From: a virus
Lineage: Duplodnaviria > Caudoviricetes
Reading direction: 5' to 3' (one strand)
Length of the DNA: 42,573 bases
IMG/VR virus record: IMGVR_UViG_3300044724_011122
Coordinates: 1 to 42,573 of that record
Part shown: one piece after another, positions 29,246-38,200 of the stretch
Numbering within the stretch: the stretch's first letter is position 1
Layout: each line of letters begins with the position of its first letter
Notes under the pieces: generated by a model
Seen by the model: the letters and a program-made list of their open reading frames with translations, nothing else
Database searches by the model: none
Told to the model about the DNA's origin: nothing
Position numbers and translations under genes: made by a program

Positions 29246-32200
29246 TTACAAAGAAAATCCAGTAGCAATGGCGCTAATTGATGTGTTTCCAATTGTGCCG
29301 TCTCCGTATTGTCCATACCCTCCGTGGCCACAACCGTATATAGTGCCATCACTTGCTAGAAATAAAGAATTATATACTCCAGCCTCTATCTGAACAATGC
29401 CCTGTAGTGGATTGCCACTACTGTCTACAACTCTTGTAGCATAGGAAGCATGTGTTCCTGTGTTGTTGCCATTCCCTAGTTCTCCCCACACGTTTCTTCC
29501 TAAGCTCCAGACTTCATTAGAGCTATCTAGAAATAAAACATGTTGATTACCTGCTTCTATGGCTATGATATTTGATAGTTTATCTGTACTATTGATCATA
29601 ACATCGACAGGGATGTTAGAACTGCTACCACTGCCACCATTACCCAGTGCCCCATAAGTATTGTCACCAAAAGCTTTTACCGAACCATCGTCTATAAGTA
29701 GATAGCTAATCGACTCTCCGGCTGCGGCAGCGACAACAAAACTAGATAAATAATTCGCGCTATACCCTACACTGTAACCGCCCGATTCAAGCACGCGGAC
29801 CGGATACTCAATATTACCCGATCCAGAATAACCAAGACCTAATTGACCTGAGTAAGTGCTCCCTTGGGCCCATGCGCTACCGTCGCTTTTTACATATAAT
29901 GAGTAAGAAGACCCAGCTGCTACATCCACTGCATCTTCAAGCTCATAATAATAGTCATCAGAACCTTGGATGTTTGTATGGTATTGGGGCCTTGAGCTAG
30001 AGTGGGTAATATACAGTGGCGTGCTTAGTTTGTCAAGTGTAGTTAAACTTATTTGTTGATTGGAGTTATTTCCGACTCCCAGAACTCTTCCTGATGACTC
30101 AAGAAATAAAACATGAGATAAGCCCGTACTTATTTTAGTAACATTGCCAAGGACACCATTGGTACCAAATTCAACAGGAGCTGCATACTGCTCTGATGTT
30201 GAAGTGGACCCCCTGCCGAGCTGCCCTTGTAAATTTGCTCCTACACCCATGACAGTGCCATTATTTTTCAGAAACATTGTGAAATTGGGACCGCTATTTA
30301 TCGATACGATATCAGTAATAGGAACATCGGTGTTTACTGAAGCAAATCCACTAAGTAAGCAAGCTGAAGGAGTCCAAATACCTTGACTGTTCGGGCCATT
30401 CTCAACCCCCATTGATAAAGCATAGTTTGTGTTGTTGCCTGCAGCAAACGGAGTTCCATTATTTTTTAGTACGATATTGAAATCTGTTCCGCTAGCCAAA
30501 CGATCAGATATAGTTGGTGCAGGAATGACTTTGAATGTGACGTCTATTGAAACCTCTGAAGCTGGCATGTTTAAAGAATAATGTAAATTCATCGTGTAAG
30601 TCGTGGCAATAGGATTGCCAGATCCATCGTTGACAGTAAAAGTATCAATTTGGTAACCTTCGTTTGGCAAAATGCCTATTTTTAAAGTTTCGCCTTCGTA
30701 AAAATAATTTCCATATGTAGAGTAATCTATATGAGCCCCTCCATTAGCCCCTGATGTAATTGAAGGTTCGTATAAACCCTCTTCAGTAAAGGTGGCTTTT
30801 GTGGTGACATTTTTATTTGGAATATTAAAAGTCCAAGTTCCATCATTATTATTCGTTAGCTGAACATCGGTTCCATCTGAATCTTCAGCGGTGACCGATG
30901 TTAATGACCATCGATTTTCTGCTGAGACAGTCAAGGTGACAGTGTCACCTTCGTACCCTTTAGATATACTTGAAGTAATTGACCCGCCGCTGTTGGTATG
31001 CAAGCCTTCAATAGAATATACAAATTCAGTAGTATTATTGATTGAGTATTCTGGCTGGGCTCCACCATACGGATAGACATGACTAACATAAAGAAGTTTA
31101 CTATCTGAGTATGCATCAGTCAGCTGTTTGTCGTAATTAGCTCCACACCCCAGTATGGAATTCTCATCATTAAGAAATAGAGTTGTTTGGAGCCCAGCAG
31201 AGATAGCTGTTATATTTTCAAGGGCAGCTCCTGGGCCACTAAAAACAAGGCTTGCATAGGAGGCATCAATTTCAGACCCAGTGCCTAGTTTTCCGGTGTT
31301 ATTTTCTCCTGCCGCCCAAACATTACCATCATTTGTTAAAAAAACACTATAGTCTCTGCCAGCACTGACAGCTGAAATACCTGTAAGAGGAACACCGGGC
31401 TCTGTGATGACTTGAGTAGGGTAATATCTAGTAGTATTGTCCCCCACCCCTAATCGTCCATCTGAATTTCTGCCAAAAGTCCAAACAGTGCCATCAGATT
31501 TCAAAAGAATACAATGGTATTCGCCGGCACTTACAGACACAATATCATTGCTAAAATAAACTTCATCTTCATTTGAATAATCGCCGCTTGATAATACACG
31601 CACAGGGTAGAGCGCCTGGAAGCTCTGATTTTGCCCCACACCTAGCGATCCATAAGCATTTCTTCCTGCAGCCCATACCGAATTATCTGACTTTAAGAAA
31701 AAACCGTTTCTTCCGGCACTTATCATTTGTACATCTTCGAATGGCACCGCATCTCCTCCAGCTACAGATCCGCTAGATAATGTTTGAGTAAAATAATGAA
31801 CAGTAGTAAGAGACCCATAGCCAATTCCACCACCGGTGCCGGAGCCCCAAACTGTGCCATCATTTCTTAATGCAAGAGAAACGTACTGGCCTAAGTCAAA
31901 ACCAACAACATTAGTGATTGGTTCATCTACATCAATCAGCATTTGAACAGGGTATGTTGTCCGGCCAGTTCCAGTAGTAGGCCCAATAGCTGCCCACCCA
32001 CTCCCCGCCTGAGTATCACCAGAAAACCAGAGGGTGTTATCATTTTTTAAGTATGCTATGGAACCATTAACAAGCATATTAGTTCCAGCAATAGCTTTGA
32101 CATTTTGAAAATCTACATCATCCTCATCAAAAGCACTGCCGCTAGATAAAACTTTTACGGGCGCTCCATAGTCTCCATGTATAGGTTGTGTTTTTGCCTC

Positions 32201-35200
32201 GTCATAATAATCTGGAGGGGCTGGAAAATCAAACGTAGAGCCACAGCCTTCAACAGTTCCATCTGTTAATAATCTCAGTGTTATACTGTTATCTACGGCA
32301 AATCCTGCAGATTGAATCGGGGGAAAAGGTAGCCCTACGAAATTAAAGGTCGCAGTAACAATTGCATTATATTCTCCCGTGGTAAATGTATACCCTGTAT
32401 CGTTTGCTTGTGTGACGGTGTAAGTTCCTGAACCAGGGTCATTGATGGTGCTACCAGACTGATTTACAGTGATAGATGCAAGCTCATAGCCGGAGTTAAC
32501 TGACACGGTTAGGGTACATGTTTGTGGTGTACTACTAAATGTATCAAGAGACGATACTACGGTGCCACCACTAATAGATGGGTCAATTGAAACTGATCGT
32601 AATTTAAAATTAAACAATGTAGCCCCTATGTCGACTGAGAAAGGTTTATATGTGCTGTCACCAGCTGTCGCAATAGCTATGTGCACTGTATCCATATCTT
32701 CATGGGCGGATATTAAATCTCCCAATAAAGATGGAGGATTTGTAGCAGAACTTGGGGAATAGGTGTGAATACTATAAGTTGAGCTTAGTCCGGAGGTCAT
32801 GGTGGCATTAAGCTGATATGCCTTGTAAAGCATGAGATTGTCCGTGCTGGAAAATGGCACACTGTTTCCAGTTGTCGGATCTATTAACTCGAAAGATGCT
32901 AAAGAATCATCTGCTCGCCCATCAACAACTTCTGCATATCTTGTAGATTCCACCGCTTTATAGTCCGAGGTTTCTTCTGTGTATGCCTTGATACCAAAAG
33001 TTCCCTGCTCTGATGAATTAAAAGTATAGTTACCTGCTCCATCATCGGTTATTGTTGGCCCTACAGTAACGAGCTCAAATTTAATACTATTCCCTGATGC
33101 TGAGCTTGCGTTGAGCAAAAGGTCTGATCCGGCTGAGATGCTGCTTAAATCTTGATCCCAAGTTATCTCGTCATCTGATTGGTTTGGATATGGATCGTCA
33201 GTGTCGGGAATACCGTCGCCGTCTCTATCGTTGGCTGGATCAATTATATTAATTGATTTAATTACATCAATAGCAGCACTATAAACATCGTCCCCGGGTT
33301 GGTATGCTTTAATATCAGTTGTTCCTTCTATGCCATTTAAAGATAAAGAATTTCCTGAAATTGATCCAAGTGTCTGATCTGTTAGTTCGTAAAACACCGT
33401 CAACCCAGAATCAGATGATGCGTCAAGTGTTAGTGGCGAGTCACTAAATAATACAGATGATAGGTCTTGAGACCATGTAATAACTTGCGACCCCCTAACC
33501 GCACCATTAATGGTGACGTTCGCTGCTGCTAAATTATCTGCATCTCCAGGTTGAGAGGCTACCACGGTAAAAGTACCTAGATCTAAGGCTGTTAATTCTT
33601 TAGTGTTAGAGTTAAAACTAACAACACTGCCTTCTCCGCTAGAAATCAAATACTCAACCTCAAGGCCGGAATCGCAAGTGGCATTTAATGTTATAATGTC
33701 ATCAATAGACATGTTTGATAAATCTTGATCCCAGGTAATAACAGGTGATACCTCAGAATCAATATTAATTGAGCAACTGTAAGGCGGCATTTTAAATATA
33801 ATATATTTAGCTTCCTCTCCATTAAGAACCTCAACCCTGTCGGATTCCTGTTTGTCATAAAAACTTGCAACACCAACATCAGTCAGCAAGCTGGGTAGCG
33901 GTGCACCATACCATTCCTCTAGGTCGACCAACTCAAAAGACCAGCCAGCAAAAAGGCTGCCGGCGTCCATTGATTCTATTAAAATCTTGATCTCTTTGTT
34001 CATTTTTGCCCCACCAGAAGTATCTCCCGAGATTACTCCGCGAGGAGCCCCTTCTACTGTTTTGAATAAATTATATTGGGCACCAACTCCATTAATATTA
34101 ATAATATTAGTAAAATATTTAGTTACATTTAATTTCAATTCCTTGGTTTGCTCATCTAGTAAGCTGGTAGCTGGCTGTGTAGCAAATAAACTAAGTTCTC
34201 CAATATCCATAATTAATAGCTCATCTTTATTCTCGCCCCCAATTATTGCTTTATTTGGGTCAGATACAGAATATGTGATCGGTAGTCCAAATTCTGAGGT
34301 TGCTGTCAATTTAATTATATGTCCAGCTTTAAATCCGGCAGGGTTTTGACTCCAGGAGATTGAGTCGTAAAACTCTTTAAATATCGCTTCTAATGTTAGA
34401 TTGTAAGGAGGCATTGCAAAGCTTATACTGTCCTGTAGTAAATCTATGCTATAATTATTATAAGTTACTATCCATTTAGAAAATTTCCAGTCGTTTGAAG
34501 GTTCGGCAAAAGCATCTACATCATCTCTAAATAAATATCTATTTTTAAATCCATAAATTTTGCCACCGATATCCTCTAGGGTTATGTATTCATCTTCGGT
34601 TTTAGGCTTAAGTTCCCATTTTACTACTATGTCTTCTCCATCACCTCCGGTGCCTCCTCCTGTTTCTGTACCTCCATTTCCTGCAGTTGGTCGACCGCCA
34701 GTCCATGGAATAACATCTCCGTCTGGGGCTTGGTATGGTATGACTTCGAAATCTTCCATACTCATGAGTTGCTGATAGCTATCGGGGTGACATAATAGCG
34801 GTGGAGTTTCGGATGGATTTATTGCACTGGATGAATAATATAAATAACCATTTTTTAAAATAAATAAATGTCCATTTTCTAATCCTTGAGTGTTGACCAA
34901 CTGAATATCGTCAACATCTAAAGCTATTAAGTTTTTTTCGAAATAACCATCAATGAGGTCACCATAAAAGAAGGAAGTTGAGCGAATACTGGGTTCAAAT
35001 ATTTCAGACCGAAAAACATTTCCGTTATTCTTCATGTATGCAACTTGGACATCAGATGCCGTAACTTTGAGTACTTGATCATCGTGCAAAAGAAAGCCGT
35101 CTTTTAGTGCGTCTGCATAATTCTCGGATAGTTTTCCTGATTCATCATCATATCCAGAATACTGAAGATTGCCCTGAGCGTCTACTACCCACAACCTGCT

Positions 35201-38200
35201 CCAGAACCCACTGGATGCTGACAGGGAATTAAATTCATATAAACTGGTGTATACCTCTCCGCTTAATGTCGTAATTGATTCTCTGATTTTATAAAGATGT
35301 GGTTGGCCTGGGTCTGCCTCAGTGTATATTCCTGAATTTTTAGGTAAAGAAAATTTATCAGAAGCATCAAAGTTCCCGTAAAAATATTTTATACCATCGT
35401 GTGTTGAGAATATGATTGACTGAGTGCCTCCACCGCTAAAAGATTTTACATTGTCAAAAATTTTCTTAAACGATGAAGATTGCTCCAGGAAATTAAAATT
35501 CCCCGCGTTTAAGTCTTGCGAAACCTCTCCGATATACCACAAGCTTTGATCTTGCTTTTTGATGACAGCTCTAGTGGGGAGATATTTTGCCCCGTCGCTG
35601 GGCCCAAACTCTGTTCCGCTGATATCCTCTATTTCGCCAGCACTAAATATTTCTACAGGACCTGAGGGCGGTGTTACGGATTTGTCTACCGTATAGTCAA
35701 TTTCAATATTTTTATTAGCTACATCATGGTTGAAATGTCCGGAGGCTAATAAGGATCCATCATCAAGTAAAATTAAGATACAGTTTCGGATTATTACAAA
35801 TTTATTGATTCCCTTTATCGGCGTGGAAGAATCATACATAAACTTACCCTCGATAATGCAATTGAAGTCAGTCTCCCATGCTCCGAAAAGCTTCGCTGAT
35901 TTGACATCAGATAACCCAAGTGAATCAAATTTTATTGAATTAAGATTACTTATATTCATAAAAGGGGCAGAATCAAGACCAAAACGAAACAATCTAGTAG
36001 TTCGATCCGCAAAAGATAGAGTAATAAAATAATTACCATTATAAATAACGAAAGGATGTATTTTTGTGATAAAATTTGCAGCAGGTTCTGGTGCCGTAAT
36101 GTCCCCCCAGTGATTGCCAAAAATTTTATGAGCATTCACGTTATACCATAGTGGGGAGGGAGACCAACTGCTTTCGGTAAGTCTAGTTGCACCCGCATAA
36201 AAAACTCTTTCACTTGAATAATCTTGTATAATTTTACCCGAAGTAAATAAAATAGACTTAGGTTCGTTTTCGTAATCCGTGAAATATGCTGATGATATAT
36301 CTCCTTTATAGTAAAATAAATCTTCAGGTGATACCCCCGACGTATTCGAGTTGACAATAAGTACATCATCTTTATCTTGAAAGTAAAATCTTACCCGACC
36401 AGACCAGGCATTTTTTATACCAGAGACAATATCTCCGTTAGTATAACGCGCAGGAACTGGAGAAGTGGACCCTTGGGTGAAATTATCTGGGTTAAAAAAA
36501 GAGCCCTTCCATTGAGTCCCTAGTCCATAAAGCCTGCCCTCCGTGGTTAATACGTGATAGGCTCCTTCATATCCTCTATAGACTTGCCGAGCTAGGCCAG
36601 TAGATGAGTCTAGTGCGAAGTTAATTTCGTACAACTCGCTGCTTGATGAGGAGGTTGGGGTATAGTCTACTTGAACTAGATTACCAGTATTACCCGGAAA
36701 ATATTCCCCTCCAGGTAAAGTCAGTTCTGAAGAACCTAATTGACCACTAACACCATGACCAACCCCGAATGTACTACCATCAGATTGTATAAACATCGTG
36801 TGATCTGCAGAACTTCCCGCTGTCGCCAAGGCGACATCTTGTAATGTAGATCCATCTTTCGTCACTTGTAATGGGCTCAAACTAGACCCACCCTTCGGTG
36901 AAAGTCCTAGTTGGCCGAAAACATTATGTCCGCAGGCCCACACCGTGCCATCGCTCTTTAAAAATACGCTGTGCCCATTTCCCCCAGATATTCCCACTAC
37001 ATCCCCAAAACTACCGCCGTCGGTATTTAATACCTGCACAGGGTTGCTTCGAGTCTGGGTCGTCCCGTCTCCCAGTACACCACTAGCATTAATTCCGCAG
37101 GCCCACACCGTGTTATCGCTCTTTAAAAATAGGTTGTGATTACGTCCCGCAGATATTCCAACTACATCCCCAAAACTACTGCCGTCGGTATTTAATACCT
37201 GCACAGGGTTGCTTCGATTCGTGGTCGTCGTCCCGTCTCCTAGTTGGCCGAAAACATTATGTCCGCAGGCCCACACCGTGTTATCGCTCTTTAAAAATAT
37301 GCTGTGCCTACTTCCCGCAGATATTCCAACTACACCGCTTAACTCACTACCATCACCATTTAATACCTGCACAGGGTTGCTTCGATTCGTGGTCGTTCCG
37401 TCTCCTAGTTGGCCGAAAACATTATCTCCGCAGGCCCATACCGTTTCATCGCTCTTTAAAAATAGGTTGTGATTACCTCCCGCAGATATTCCAACTACAT
37501 CCCCAAAACTACTGCCGTCGGTATTTTTGACCTCGGCCGGGCTGTATTTGGCTGCATTCGTTCCATCCCCTAATTCGCCAAAAAAATTACGTCCAAATGA
37601 AGACACCGTTCCGTCAGTCTTCAGTAAGACAGTGTTTTCGTAGCCAGCGGATACTTGACTTACATCTTCGATACCAAGTGGAACTGAATTGATAGTCTGA
37701 TTTTGGTAAACGGGATGTGGTGCGGCCCCCAATCCTAAATTATTTACTAGACCTGTACCCCAAACAGTTTTGTCATTTAATAAAAAAATAGTATGATCTG
37801 CTCCAGCGGCTACCGATTTACAGAAAAGTGGCAAAGGGCTATTTGACACCTGAGACACAGAGGAGCTCGTTAAGCCTGTTGGTAAACCTGACTGACCTTT
37901 TATTGTAAATATTTTTTTATCCGACCTGAGAAAAATCGCTTCCCAATTATCGTTACCTGAAGTACCGGTGTCCATTTCTACAACATCAAACTGTATGATA
38001 TTGTATAGTTTGCCTGGTTGCAACTGAGAAAGATTGCCCTCATTATCAAATAGCCAAACTGCACCATCTTGCCTTAAGAATATAGCGGCTGTACCCCCGG
38101 CCCCTATCGCGACTACATTTTTAAATTCTTCATTCCCGTTTTTTATTTCTTTTGCATATAATAGATCTGGGTTGGACCCGAAACCTTTACCAGAAAACAT

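Noticed and set aside
36906-37533. A complete canonical DGR (TR/VR pair plus RT) within the window
   Set aside because: Both arrays are coding, neither behaves as an all-adenine template, non-A differences exist and no RT is present; kept only as a hypothesis.
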